From NCBI GenBank assembly GCA_963831585.1, contig CAWHRA010000039.1, positions 831 to 64,830 on the forward strand: a DNA stretch of 64,000 nt, in the 5' to 3' direction. How positions within the stretch are numbered: position 1 is the stretch's first letter; every line of letters starts with the position of its first letter. A program made the position numbers and the translations under genes. The notes under the pieces are model-generated. The model saw only the letters and a list, made by a program, of their open reading frames with translations. It searched no databases and was not told the DNA's origin. Positions 27,377-36,678 of this stretch are shown here, piece by piece. Source of the DNA: an uncultured Alphaproteobacteria bacterium. Its GTDB lineage: Bacteria; Pseudomonadota; Alphaproteobacteria; Rhizobiales; Xanthobacteraceae.

Positions 27377-28144
27377 TCAACTGAAGAAACCATGTCGCAG
27401 CAACTCGGCGCCCGCGGCAATGACCGCGATCAACACCAGCTTCTTGAATGTCTCAGGTGCAATTTTATCGCGCATATGTTGTCCAGCATACATGCCGAGC
27501 ACGACTGGCAACATCGCAGCCGTCGAGACTGAAACGTCAAGCCAATTGAACTGGCGGCTGGCCGTCAGAAGAATTGCCAGCAGGCCGGCGGAAACGACGA
27601 GATACAACGATGCTTCCTTTGTGAACGCCTTTCCGCTCAGTCCCTTTGCAAGCAGAAATATGAAAACAAGCGGTCCCGGCATCGCTGCGATGCCTCCCAG
27701 AATCCCGCCGAAAAATCCGAATGTGATGCCGGCTGGTAAAACCAGGCGAGATTGAAGCTGTAGCTTCGGCGCGAGCAGCGTGACGCCGCCGACACCTATG
27801 AGCACCAGACCTGCGATAATCTTTGCAACGTTCGCATCGAGCGCCAACAGGACTCGAACTCCAAGAAAGAGACCGGGAATCATGCCGAGAATCACCGGCA
27901 TCAGTTGCAAGAGGCAGCGTCCAGTCTTTCCGCCCTCCAGCGCCTGCGGCAAGTTGCTGAAGATCAAAGGCATGCTCAGCAGCATGGCCGCTGATTTGAT
28001 GTCGATGAACAGCGACAGCAGCGGCAGCGCGACGACTGGCATGCCGACCCCGATTGTCCCCTTCAGGAGGCCGGCGACGATCAGGCTGCAAACCACGGCA
28101 GCAATGATGCCTGCCTGCTCGAAATAAAGGGTGTGGATCAACAT
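27377..28144 (-). CDS. TauE/SafE-family sulfite/anion exporter
   Basis: 255 aa and polytopic. VAGLLKGTIGVGMPVV and GGILGGIAAMPGPLV are the two repeat motifs of the family. Visibly A/T-richer. Confidence 0.85.
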   Translation of the reverse strand: MLIHTLYFEQAGIIAAVVCSLIVAGLLKGTIGVGMPVVALPLLSLFIDIKSAAMLLSMPLIFSNLPQALEGGKTGRCLLQLMPVILGMIPGLFLGVRVLLALDANVAKIIAGLVLIGVGGVTLLAPKLQLQSRLVLPAGITFGFFGGILGGIAAMPGPLVFIFLLAKGLSGKAFTKEASLYLVVSAGLLAILLTASRQFNWLDVSVSTAAMLPVVLGMYAGQHMRDKIAPETFKKLVLIAVIAAGAELLRHGFFS

Positions 28145-28177
28145 GACGTTTAGCTCCTGGCGGATGATATTCCATGC

Positions 28178-28327
28178 TCAGGCTTTCGCGCCGGTCTCCG
28201 GATCGAACGGAGGCAATCCCGATACATAAACGGTTTCGCCAGCCACAATCGCTGGATGGATCGGAGCCTTGCGGCGTCGTTCGAGACAAGTCGAAACCGG
28301 CCCGACGCGCATGGCAGTGCGCTTCAT
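28178..28327 (-). pseudogene. RidA/YjgF-family N-terminal remnant
   Basis: GGAGG RBS and ATG at 28327, then ...APIHPAIVAGETVYVSGLPPFDPETGAKA-stop. This resembles the first ~45 residues of RidA proteins and ends 34 nt before the TauE start. Confidence 0.35.
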
Positions 28328-28449
28328 TCCAGCCTCCAGGGAGCAGCGCATTCTTGCTGCGGGGTTCGCAATTGTCTCGCGCGAACAGTTCGGCCCGTGC
28401 CGAACTGTTTTCGATTGATATGCTTGCGGTATCAGCGATAGGTTTAAGG

Positions 28450-29187
28450 ATGGTCGCGGCGGCAAATCTCGTGGAAGTGGCCGCTCTCGTGGGTGACACT
28501 GCGCGAGCGACGATGCTTAGCGCCCTTATGGGCGGCCAGTCGCTGACGGCCACTGAGCTTGCTTACTGCGCCAATGTCTCTCGCTCGACGGCGAGCGGCC
28601 ACCTGAGCAAGCTGGTTGCCGCGCGGCTTTTGACTGTCACTCACAAGCGCCGCTTCAGCTATTATCGGATCGCGTCCCCGCTGGTCGCGACAATGCTGGA
28701 GAGCATCAAGGTCGTCGCCGCCCTAGAGGTGCCACCCCGCCGTCAGCCGCGGTCAGCAAACGACGATGCACTCCGTTTTGCCCGAAGTTGCTACGATCAC
28801 CTGGCTGGCCGGATAGGAGTCGCTGTTACCGATGCACTTGTGGCCATGGGGCACATCGTCCTCACCGATGACGGCGGTGAGGTCACGTCTTCGGGCGGGC
28901 GTTTCCTTGCCGCGTTCGGCGCTGATCTGAGGCCGCGAACCCGGCGGATTTTCTGCCAGCCTTGTCTCGACTGGAGCGAGCGTCGGTATCACCTCAAGGG
29001 ACTCATCGGAGCCCGGATTCTGGATCGCCTATTGGAGCTCGGATGGCTCAAAAGTGTGTCGGGCAGCCGTGCACTCCAACTGACGTCGTCCGGAAGGGCG
29101 GGCTTGTCCGAAATCTTCCAGATCCAGATCAACCACGAGGGTGTGCCAACCGGTCGATTATGCGACCCACGACGGCTGACGGCTTAG
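28450..29187 (+). CDS. ArsR/SmtB-family transcriptional regulator with C-terminal extension
   Basis: LVEVAALVGDTARATMLSALMGGQSLTATELAYCANVSRSTASGHLSKLVAARLL is an ArsR wHTH. C-terminal CYDHLAG...CQPCLDWSERRYHLKG. The start at 28450 is preferred (alternatives 28420 and 28174). Confidence 0.75.
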   Translation: MVAAANLVEVAALVGDTARATMLSALMGGQSLTATELAYCANVSRSTASGHLSKLVAARLLTVTHKRRFSYYRIASPLVATMLESIKVVAALEVPPRRQPRSANDDALRFARSCYDHLAGRIGVAVTDALVAMGHIVLTDDGGEVTSSGGRFLAAFGADLRPRTRRIFCQPCLDWSERRYHLKGLIGARILDRLLELGWLKSVSGSRALQLTSSGRAGLSEIFQIQINHEGVPTGRLCDPRRLTA

Positions 29188-29479
29188 GCTGACCGAAGCG
29201 TCATCTCGCGCAAATGCTGCACCGTTTCATCGCGTCAACTTGCGACCTACCTGCGGCTCGCTGAAAAATCGGTCACGCAATTGATCTTGCAGTCGTGTGC
29301 CTGGCGACGTTCTGCCGCCATCCATATCGTGAAGCCGAGCAAGACAATCACGGTCACGACGAGCTTAGCTAGAATGTTATCATTCACGAAACCGGCCCCA
29401 GTGGAAATGATGGCCCATCTCGCCCTTCAGGCCCCGGTCGAGTCAATGGCTTTCACGCGCCCGCCGTCGCGGTAACACT

Positions 29480-29863
29480 CTATGGCGGCCCGCCAATCCC
29501 GCCTGCCCGTCCCCCAAACCCGGGCGCGGAATTGCGTTCCTGATTTTTGACCCTGCTCTGCCTGTGCTCCTCCCGCGCCCTGGCGACGTCGGCGCCGGTG
29601 AGCCGAGCCCGGACCCGGGCCCAGGCGGCCTTGAACCTGGCCTTGCAATCCTCGAGATCGGTGCCCTGCCCGCTGTCCCCCCTGACCGACGGCTGGCCGT
29701 AAACGTTGCAGCCCCAAGACCACTGATCCACATGATCCGGGAGACCGGGATTTTTTCTGATCCGGCCGATCGGCAGCCCTCGCCAGATGACCGTGTAGTC
29801 GTCGGGGTAACTTTGCCCGTCGATCTGGGTGGCGTGAATGGTGATGCTTTCGTGGTCGAGCAT
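29480..29863 (-). CDS. hypothetical protein
   Basis: 127 aa from the ATG at 29863 (MLDHESITIHATQIDGQSYPDDYTVIWRGLPIGRI...). Resembles small conserved proteins I recall from Bradyrhizobium and Methylobacterium. No function known. Confidence 0.5.
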   Translation of the reverse strand: MLDHESITIHATQIDGQSYPDDYTVIWRGLPIGRIRKNPGLPDHVDQWSWGCNVYGQPSVRGDSGQGTDLEDCKARFKAAWARVRARLTGADVARAREEHRQSRVKNQERNSAPGFGGRAGGIGGPP

Positions 29864-30434
29864 CGGGGCTGCGTTTTGCGTGACACGACTCAGCGATCGC
29901 GAATAACGCAAGTGTGATCGTAACTTTGTCAGATTTGCGATGGGAGCTGCCAACTCCGGGGGAGAGATTTGCCGAAATTGTGCGCACGTCAGACGAGCGC
30001 TCCATTTCTCCCGGAGCGAGGTCACCGTCGCAAGGCTTCCAGACGGACCATCAGCTTGCCGCTGGTGCAGGAAGCCGATGCAGTCTGACGCCTGCGACAG
30101 CACGCAAGCGAGCCGCCAGGGCTGCCCCTGACGGCTCGCTAATTGACGTTCGTCACGTCGGGGTGCTTCGATCCGCCGAAACGCTCACTGCTCACGCCGA
30201 CCGACAAGCGCAGCATGATCCGACCAGCGGCAAGTTCAATTCACGAATTGTGAACTCGCCAGACATAACCGGGCCGAATGCCGCAACCGCGCGGTTGCAA
30301 ACTGTCCAAACTTTGGCGACTTTTTGACATTCCCCGGTGTTCACGTGTCTGGCGCACGGCAAGCAAGCCGTGCAATCGGCGCGAAGCTGCGTGCAAGGAT
30401 GCGGATTTTTGGATCGGCCGTTGAGCTGGCTCTC

Positions 30435-30872
30435 TCACATCATTGTAATGGTGACGCGCGCCAGGTTGATCGAGAGCCCCGCGCCCAACTTGGAGCCGCG
30501 AACCACCAGGATAACCCCATTCGCGTTTCGCAACCGCGCGACGCCTATTCCTCCCACGATGGCACCGCCAGCTCCGATCCCGATGTAGTTTCCGGCCAGA
30601 CCGCCGGGAGTACGCAAGTTCAGGACCCGCCCTTCAAACTCAGCGACAGTCAGCGCCAGCGTGGCTCCAAAACTCGCACCGGAAACCCCGAACGGATAAG
30701 TCTTCCCGTGGAAAGTCAGCGTACCCTTGCCATCACCAACACCTGCGACGGCGCCCGCCGTGCTGAATAGAACATGCACGGTGCCAGTGTCTGCTTGCGA
30801 CGGGTTGACCGTGGCCGTCCATGCCGCGAGCGCCAAAACAACAGACGCAATAACACTGCGAAAATCACGCAT
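30435..30872 (-). CDS. secreted glycine-rich hypothetical protein
   Basis: AGAGG RBS. Signal peptide MRDFRSVIASVVLALAAWTATVNPSQA. The mature part is rich in G/A/V beta-strand-like repeats. Confidence 0.55.
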   Translation of the reverse strand: MRDFRSVIASVVLALAAWTATVNPSQADTGTVHVLFSTAGAVAGVGDGKGTLTFHGKTYPFGVSGASFGATLALTVAEFEGRVLNLRTPGGLAGNYIGIGAGGAIVGGIGVARLRNANGVILVVRGSKLGAGLSINLARVTITMM

Positions 30873-31304
30873 ATTTCCAGCCTCTTTATGATTATGAGTG
30901 GTCATCAAAAATGCGAGCCTGGAGGAGAGCGAATCCCGATTGAGCGTACGGATGTTGAGATAGATCAACGCACCAGTCCGGCGTCCTGGTTGCGCGGGCC
31001 GCTGGCGAGCAGCGGGCATGACTGCTTCGACCGTATTGAGCGATGTCCGATTTCGGGGCGAAGCTTTTCAGATTTCGACCCTTGGCGGATCACGCAAGAC
31101 GCACTTCAGATGGATCGGCGCGACAACGGCGCTCCGCTTTCGCTTCGTTGACCCAACAGGAGTTGAGTTCCCATGTGTCATATCTGTCGCACCGCAGGCA
31201 CATTCATCGAACGCGTCCCGACTGCCGCACTGTAGACGTATTCTGAGGGGAAATGCTTGGCCGATGACTGCCTGGCTTCTTCGAACTTGGGGAGAAATAC
31301 CGTG

Positions 31305-31481
31305 ATGAAGATTGTGATTGCAGCGGCCGCAATGCTTGCCGTGGTGACCGCCGCCGGCGCTGCCGACCTCCCGCGCAGACAGCCCGTCTATCAGGAAGCC
31401 CCGCTCGGCAAAATGCCGATTGGCAAGTCCCCCATCGGGAAGACTCCGATCGGCAAGACACCCGTCGTGTCGCGATACTAA
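31305..31481 (+). CDS. small secreted protein with P(I/L)GK repeats
   Basis: GGGGAGA RBS. Signal peptide MKIVIAAAAMLAVVTAAGAA, then PLGKMPIGKSPIGKTPIGKTP (15-nt periodic repeat at about 31402-31461). Confidence 0.5.
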   Translation: MKIVIAAAAMLAVVTAAGAADLPRRQPVYQEAPLGKMPIGKSPIGKTPIGKTPVVSRY

Positions 31482-31531
31482 CAGGCGGTTTTGACTTAAG
31501 GGTCTCGCCAGACTGACTTGATCGTCGACGG

Positions 31532-32248
31532 TTGAAGGGGCGAAGCGTGGCAAATCGGCCGAAGAGATCGGGGCTTTGCGTGCTTGCGGGATTCGCACTC
31601 GCGGTTTTGCTCCAGTGCGACATCCAACCGGCTTCTGCAAACGAGACTGACGCCGGGGCCGCTTCGGAACGTTTCGCTTCGCTGATACGGGAGTTCCAGA
31701 AGCGCGTTGCCGACGCAAATGCGCTTGTTTCGAGCGAGGCGCCCGTTGAATCGAAACCGGCACCACCGTCGAGCTGGAGGCCGGGATTGGCGAAGGGCCC
31801 GTACTACGTCGATTTCAGAGCCCGAACGGCGGCGAGCTGGGGCCACGCTTTCGTCTGGTACGGAAAGACAAGCGACCGAAAAGTTGAAGTCGCGGGCCTT
31901 ACCCCCGCGGGAGATACCCTGGCTTATGTCCTCGGTTACGTGACGTGGGTGCCGTCCGAGACCGGGGCAAGCTACGGCGATCTCGATCCGGAGTACCTGA
32001 CCGCTCATTACCGCGTTTACCTGAACGAGCCGGATGCAAAGAGGGTCTTTGCATACATCAGGAAATTGCAGGCGAGTTCGCCGGTCTGGAATGCCGAAAT
32101 ATCCAACTGCACTTCGTTTATCGGCAGCATCGCAGGTTTCATGGGATTGAAAGCGCCTCACCGCTGGCAGCGTCCCGAAGAGTACGTGAACAGTCTCAAG
32201 GCGATGAATGGCGGGCGCCCGGTTGTACATCTGTCGTCCGTACAATAG
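31532..32248 (+). CDS. exported protein with permuted-papain (PPPDE/DeSI, peptidase C97-like) His...Cys signature
   Basis: N-terminal hydrophobic signal-like segment. WGHAFVWYGK and, about 80 aa later, NCTSFIGSIAGFMGLKAPHRW. The start is uncertain (TTG at 31532 or the in-frame GTG a few codons downstream). Confidence 0.6.
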   Translation: MKGRSVANRPKRSGLCVLAGFALAVLLQCDIQPASANETDAGAASERFASLIREFQKRVADANALVSSEAPVESKPAPPSSWRPGLAKGPYYVDFRARTAASWGHAFVWYGKTSDRKVEVAGLTPAGDTLAYVLGYVTWVPSETGASYGDLDPEYLTAHYRVYLNEPDAKRVFAYIRKLQASSPVWNAEISNCTSFIGSIAGFMGLKAPHRWQRPEEYVNSLKAMNGGRPVVHLSSVQ

Positions 32249-32374
32249 CTCGGTTCGCCCTTTAGAGCCCACGCCCGAACATCATGTCTTCGCGCCGCAT
32301 CATTGCGCGGCCGCGCTCGTGTGGCGGCTGCTGGCGGTTAAAAAAAATGGCCCCAGTCAAGGGGCCATTCTCGT

Positions 32375-32608
32375 TTAGTCGTCCCAGTCGTGGTGACGCC
32401 TGATAATCACACGGTCGCCATCATGGTACCAGCCGCGATGCCATCCGCGATCATGACCGTAGAATTCGACGCGGGGACCGCGATAGTCATCCCGGTAATA
32501 GTGCCGGTCGGGGCCGACGCGGAAACTGAAACCCTGGGCGCTCGCCACTGTCGGCGCGGCAACCGCGATGGTCGCCAGCGCAGCGAGGACGCAAGAAATC
32601 TTCTTCAT
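32375..32608 (-). CDS. small secreted His/Arg/Asp/Tyr-rich protein
   Basis: AGGAGA RBS. Signal peptide MKKISCVLAALATIAVAAPTVASA, then FRVGPDRHYYRDDYRGPRVEFYGHDRGWHRGWYHDGDRVIIRRHHDWDD. Confidence 0.6.
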   Translation of the reverse strand: MKKISCVLAALATIAVAAPTVASAQGFSFRVGPDRHYYRDDYRGPRVEFYGHDRGWHRGWYHDGDRVIIRRHHDWDD

Positions 32609-32641
32609 GTCGCTTCTCCTGTCGTTGTTGCGCAGGAAGAA

Positions 32642-32666
32642 AACGGGCGGGACAAAGCGACGTTCC
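32642..32666 (-). promoter_or_regulatory. EcfG-type promoter motif GGAAC-N16-CGTT
   Basis: The minus strand reads GGAAC (32666-32662), a 16-nt spacer, then CGTT (32645-32642). The motif ends 33 nt upstream of the ATG at 32608. Confidence 0.55.
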
Positions 32667-33110
32667 CGGAACTGCCACGAAACTTTCTTGAATGGATATT
32701 CATTCGGGTTTCGTTTTTGGAAACCATCGGTGTGCCTGATGGCGGGCAATCGTTTCGTCGTCGGCACCGGCCCGCAAGGCGGGGCCGCGCAATTGGGCGC
32801 GATCGAGCCGCCATCGCGGTCGACGCACCGGCGCCTCGATACAGCACGGCAGTTTCGCGGAGCGCTTCGACGCGGCCCGCAGGTCCCGCCGTCCGTTTCC
32901 ACCAACGACAAACGCCGCCGTGAGCTTCGTCGGGGAACGATAGATCACGCTCATTGCGCGGGGCTCTCTATCCTCTTGCGCATCTCGTCGCCGTCAGGGT
33001 GTTCGGCATGAATCCCCGTCGAAGCAGCAAACACACGGCGACGCCACTAATTCGCCCGAACTCAGAACCCCCTTCTAGTACGAGTTGTGTTGTGGGGAGA
33101 GTTTGTAAAA

Positions 33111-33281
33111 ATGCCGCATATGTCCGCAAGGAAGTCCTACCTGGCAGTGACTGTCAGCGCGCTTGTTATCGGCACGGTGCTGTCGCTGGGCACGATGCTG
33201 GTTCGGAACGTCGTCGCCGCTGACCGCGACTGCCGCATCACCTCGGGGACCGCACCGCCTACGAAGTTGACAATGGACTGA
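33111..33281 (+). CDS. small exported/membrane hypothetical protein
   Basis: GGGGAGAG RBS. 56 aa with a hydrophobic segment YLAVTVSALVIGTVLSLGTML. Confidence 0.35.
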   Translation: MPHMSARKSYLAVTVSALVIGTVLSLGTMLVRNVVAADRDCRITSGTAPPTKLTMD

Positions 33282-33419
33282 GTTTGCAACGCGCGGGAGC
33301 CACCGGGGTTCGCTCCGGCAGCCGCAATGCAAACATAAAATCGTCACGGAGAACGCGCCTTGAAGAGCTCGGATGGGCACGCAAGTCCATGGGAGACTGG
33401 CGATATGAGGAGGATGGTC

Positions 33420-33869
33420 ATGGCAGACCTCGTCGGGAGCCGTTACAAGCTCAGCCTGGCGCAGCAACTTTTCGGAAGAACGGCTGCTATCCTCGGACGA
33501 CATCGGCCGGAATCCGATACGAACGATCTGTCGCAAACCGATGCAATTTCGGCTGTCGAGCGACATTTTCCGGTCATTGAAAATTCGCCGCCGACCGCCC
33601 CATACCCGGAGGCAGGCGAAGGTGTGCCGCCGCAAAAGCAGATCAAGTCGGCGGCGGAGCTTGCCGAAATGATCGAGCGGGACCTCGCGCAGCATCCCGA
33701 CTGCCCCAGGGCCGGATTTCGCGTGACGGTCTACGGTGGATCGCATTGGCGAGCGATGCTGTCGATCACCCCGGCCGCCGGCGGCATTCGCAATCCCGGG
33801 GAATGGCGAGACCTCACCGACGAGTTCGTCGGGCGGCTTCGCAAGCGGTACGATCTGGCCCGGGAATAG
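33420..33869 (+). CDS. hypothetical protein
   Basis: AGGAGG RBS 7 nt before the ATG at 33420. The C-terminal half (AELAEMIERDLAQHPDCPRAGFRVTVYGGSHWRAMLSI...) looks conserved. Confidence 0.5.
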   Translation: MADLVGSRYKLSLAQQLFGRTAAILGRHRPESDTNDLSQTDAISAVERHFPVIENSPPTAPYPEAGEGVPPQKQIKSAAELAEMIERDLAQHPDCPRAGFRVTVYGGSHWRAMLSITPAAGGIRNPGEWRDLTDEFVGRLRKRYDLARE

Positions 33870-34089
33870 CGGGACGTTTTCAGCGCCGGTGCCGCGCGCC
33901 CGACCGCCTGATCCCTGACGTCGCCCGGCGGTTCGCCCGCCGCCCAAACGGCGTTAACCTTTTCTTAACCATAAAGCTCCAGTTTGGCCGCTTCGGGCAA
34001 GCACCTGCGTTCTTGACCCGATTGGTGCTTTTTATCGTTCATCCTTTGGGCGACGGGCGGTGCTCGTGGGGGCTCGATGGAGTGACGGT

Positions 34090-34209
34090 ATGTCCGGGCG
34101 TGAGATCCAAGCAGACGATAATTTGCTTTCAGCGTTCGCGTCGATGATTGGTGGCGCCCTCGGCGTCGGCCTTCCGGTGGCGCTTGTGATTATCTGGATT
34201 TGCTCCTGA
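34090..34209 (+). CDS. 39-aa single-pass membrane mini-protein (candidate)
   Basis: GGAG RBS. MSGREIQADDNLLSAFASMIGGALGVGLPVALVIIWICS. Followed by the terminator at 34270. Below the ORF-track length cut-off. Confidence 0.3.
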   Translation: MSGREIQADDNLLSAFASMIGGALGVGLPVALVIIWICS

Positions 34210-34269
34210 GTTGCTCGGGAGAGAGATCGGCGCCCGCGCGGGCGGATGTAACCCTGCGAGCGCCCGAGG

Positions 34270-34303
34270 GGCCTCGGAGCGATCCGAGGTCCTTTCTTTT
34301 TTT
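34270..34303 (+). terminator. rho-independent terminator
   Basis: GGCCTCGGA-gcga-TCCGAGGTC stem followed by CTTTCTTTTTTT. Confidence 0.6.
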
Positions 34304-34412
34304 GGCGGGATTGGCTCAGGTCGGTAGCACGGAGCCTGACTTTTGGCGCCCCGATCACTCGGTCCTGCGGTAAGCTGCTTCGGGCGCATTCCCTTCGGCC
34401 CGGAGCAAGACC

Positions 34413-34631
34413 ATGACCGATGAAGAACTCGCAGCCATGCACAGGCTACTTGCGGAGCACCATCGCAAGCTCGCCAGGGACGCCGTGCTGGACGTCGTGC
34501 AACAGTATCACGCCGATCTCGCGCAGCGGCTTGCGGATGAGGCCGCACTGATATTCCGGCGGACGGCGATCTCGGAACGCCTTCACGAACGCGAACAGCA
34601 AAAAATGGGGGACGGCGATGTCGACAAATGA
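34413..34631 (+). CDS. hypothetical helical protein
   Basis: 72-aa ORF with coding-like composition. No family recognised. Confidence 0.4.
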   Translation: MTDEELAAMHRLLAEHHRKLARDAVLDVVQQYHADLAQRLADEAALIFRRTAISERLHEREQQKMGDGDVDK

Positions 34632-34683
34632 CACGCCGCCTGCTGGTTATCGCGCCTGCCGGGCCTGAACGCGCTTTGAGCCG

Positions 34684-34881
34684 CTACGCGACTTGTCGCG
34701 TCGCAGATTTGGCATGAACGACGAGTTTTTCCTCGGCGAAAAACTGGAGCGCGCCGTATCCTTCAGTGTCAACCGCGTATCGGAAGGTGCCGTCAACAGT
34801 CGGGAAGACGGCGACGACCGTGCCGCCCTCATGGTCGTCCGCGATATTGTCGACCTGCTCGCCAATTGCAAATTTTGCCAT
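34684..34881 (-). CDS. hypothetical small protein
   Basis: 65 aa from the ATG at 34881 (MAKFAIGEQVDNIADDHEGGTVVAVFPTVDGTFRYAVD...), which is SH3/Tudor-like beta-rich. No confident family. Confidence 0.4.
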   Translation of the reverse strand: MAKFAIGEQVDNIADDHEGGTVVAVFPTVDGTFRYAVDTEGYGALQFFAEEKLVVHAKSATRQVA

Positions 34882-35336
34882 CGAGACCCCCTCAGGAATC
34901 ATTGGTGCGAGTATATCGCCACGAATGAGTTAACGCTTCTTAACTATCGGCTCGGATCGACACCTGCGAAAAAATGGCCGGCGCCTGTTGTTTTAATGTC
35001 TCGGTGTTGACGGTTTCGAGGCGCGGGTTCCCCTGGGGAACTCGGAACCCTGGCGACAACAAAAGAAGTCGTCGCGGGATTGAGAAATCGTTCGCCATGA
35101 ACCCGCCAATAGAGGGAACCAACCGGAATGGCGGCGACCGCGCACTCGCTTCTTGTTGCCAACATGCAACGAATTTTTTGTTTCTGCAGCGGAACCGCAC
35201 ATTTCAATTTACGCGCCGTTAGGTGCGCCTTTAGATTTTCGGACCGGGTTGGGCTGCATTTTCAAAGCACGAACTTTTTGAACCCGGAAGGCAGCAGGCG
35301 GATATGCCTGTGGGCCATTTTCGGAGGCTTTTAGAA

Positions 35337-35528
35337 ATGCTCTTCGATGTCATCACAACGCTTGTTCTGTTTATCGTTCTTTCCAGGCTGACCGGGCGAC
35401 GACGCGGCGACGTGCTTTATCATGTTTCAAGCACAGACATGCCGCGGCGGAGTTCGATTGGACCGCGCGCAACACCGCGCAGAATCGTTCGTTCAACCGG
35501 ACGTACCCGAAAACTCGTCAGCTCGTAG
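35337..35528 (+). CDS. small membrane protein with Arg-rich tail (candidate)
   Basis: GGAGG RBS 10 nt upstream. MLFDVITTLVLFIVLSRLTGRRRG... Confidence 0.3.
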   Translation: MLFDVITTLVLFIVLSRLTGRRRGDVLYHVSSTDMPRRSSIGPRATPRRIVRSTGRTRKLVSS

Positions 35529-35558
35529 GGCCACCCTGGACCGCCAAGGGGGAACAGC

Positions 35559-35687
35559 ATGCGGATGCTAGTGGCTTTTCTGATCGCACTCGGCGCCATC
35601 TATCTCTGGGACGCCAATTACAACAACGGAATTCTCGCGGACGGCGCGAAAACCATGCTGCGGGACATCAAACACAATATCCGCTAG
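35559..35687 (+). CDS. 42-aa membrane mini-protein (candidate)
   Basis: GGGGGA RBS. MRMLVAFLIALGAIYLWDANYNNGILADGAKTMLRDIKHNIR. Confidence 0.4.
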   Translation: MRMLVAFLIALGAIYLWDANYNNGILADGAKTMLRDIKHNIR

Positions 35688-36102
35688 CGGCACGGGCAAA
35701 CGCGCCGTGCGGCGGCACAGCCTTGCGCGCCAAGTCAGGGCACGTTCACGGCCGGAATTGGTGCGGTGGGCCGGAGCATGAAATGGGAATGGCCCCCGAT
35801 CGCCGAGAGCGCCAACAGGGTGAGAACCGCGATCAGGAAGCCGCCACGCATGCTCGGATAATAAGCCGGCGTTATTGGCAGCAGTGTGAAGCAGATCACC
35901 CGCCGCGCGCGGTGGCGTCGCGTGAGGCGCCTGACGGTGCACGACGTCGAACAGTTCGCTTCAGAACGAGCGCGATGACGCGACAGGTGCTGCGAGGGCG
36001 CAATGATGCCCACCCCGAGATCACGATAGCCGTCGCGGCGCGCTGCGAGAGCTTGAGGGCGACCGCCCGCGACGGCAGCGGGCCGCCACCGTCACCTGCC
36101 CG

Positions 36103-36678
36103 TCAAGCGCCGCGGCGCAGGCCCAGGCCCAGGCCGATCCAGCCTACGCCGGCAAAGATGAGGTCGATGCCAAGGAACAGGCCGAGGATATAGAGGCTCG
36201 AGACCGGCCAGTGCGCCAGGATCAGCAGGCCGAGCAGCAGCGTGATCACACCAGACAGCAGTACCCAGATCCAGGGTGTCTCCTGCTTCATGCTGAAGGC
36301 CAGAATGATACGCATGACGCCCGAGGCCAGCAGCGATGCGCCGAGAATGAGCGTGAGCAGCGCGGCGGCGAGCAGAGGATTCTCGAACGTGACGAAGCCG
36401 GCGATGATGTAGAGCAAACCGAGCAGCACCCACAGCAGGAATTTTCCCCAGCTCTTGATCTGGAAGGCGCTGAATACTTCGGCGACGCCGGCAACGATCA
36501 TCATCACGCCGACGATGAGGACGCTCGCGACGGTGGCCATCACCACGCTGCCAAGCGCGACCAACCCGGCGATCACATAGACGACGCCGAGTGCGACGAT
36601 CCAGCCAGACTTCGCGCGCAGCGGCGCCATGGCAGAACCGGCCTGAGAATTTCCGAGGGTATCTGAAGCATTGGTCAT
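36103..36678 (-). CDS. HdeD-family (DUF308) acid-resistance membrane protein
   Basis: GGAGGA RBS. Repeated paired transmembrane helices (GWIVALGVVYVIAGLVAL..., FLLWVLLGLLYIIAGFVTF..., WIWVLLSGVITLLLGLLIL...). Confidence 0.8.
   Translation of the reverse strand: MTNASDTLGNSQAGSAMAPLRAKSGWIVALGVVYVIAGLVALGSVVMATVASVLIVGVMMIVAGVAEVFSAFQIKSWGKFLLWVLLGLLYIIAGFVTFENPLLAAALLTLILGASLLASGVMRIILAFSMKQETPWIWVLLSGVITLLLGLLILAHWPVSSLYILGLFLGIDLIFAGVGWIGLGLGLRRGA

Noticed and set aside
33075-33947. 290-aa minus-strand ORF spanning the gap-rich part of the variable region, considered as a possible degraded integrase or transposase.
   Set aside because: The translation is Arg/Gly/Pro-rich without any recombinase or DDE motif. 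It overlaps better-supported plus-strand genes that have RBSs (33111-33281 and 33420-33869).
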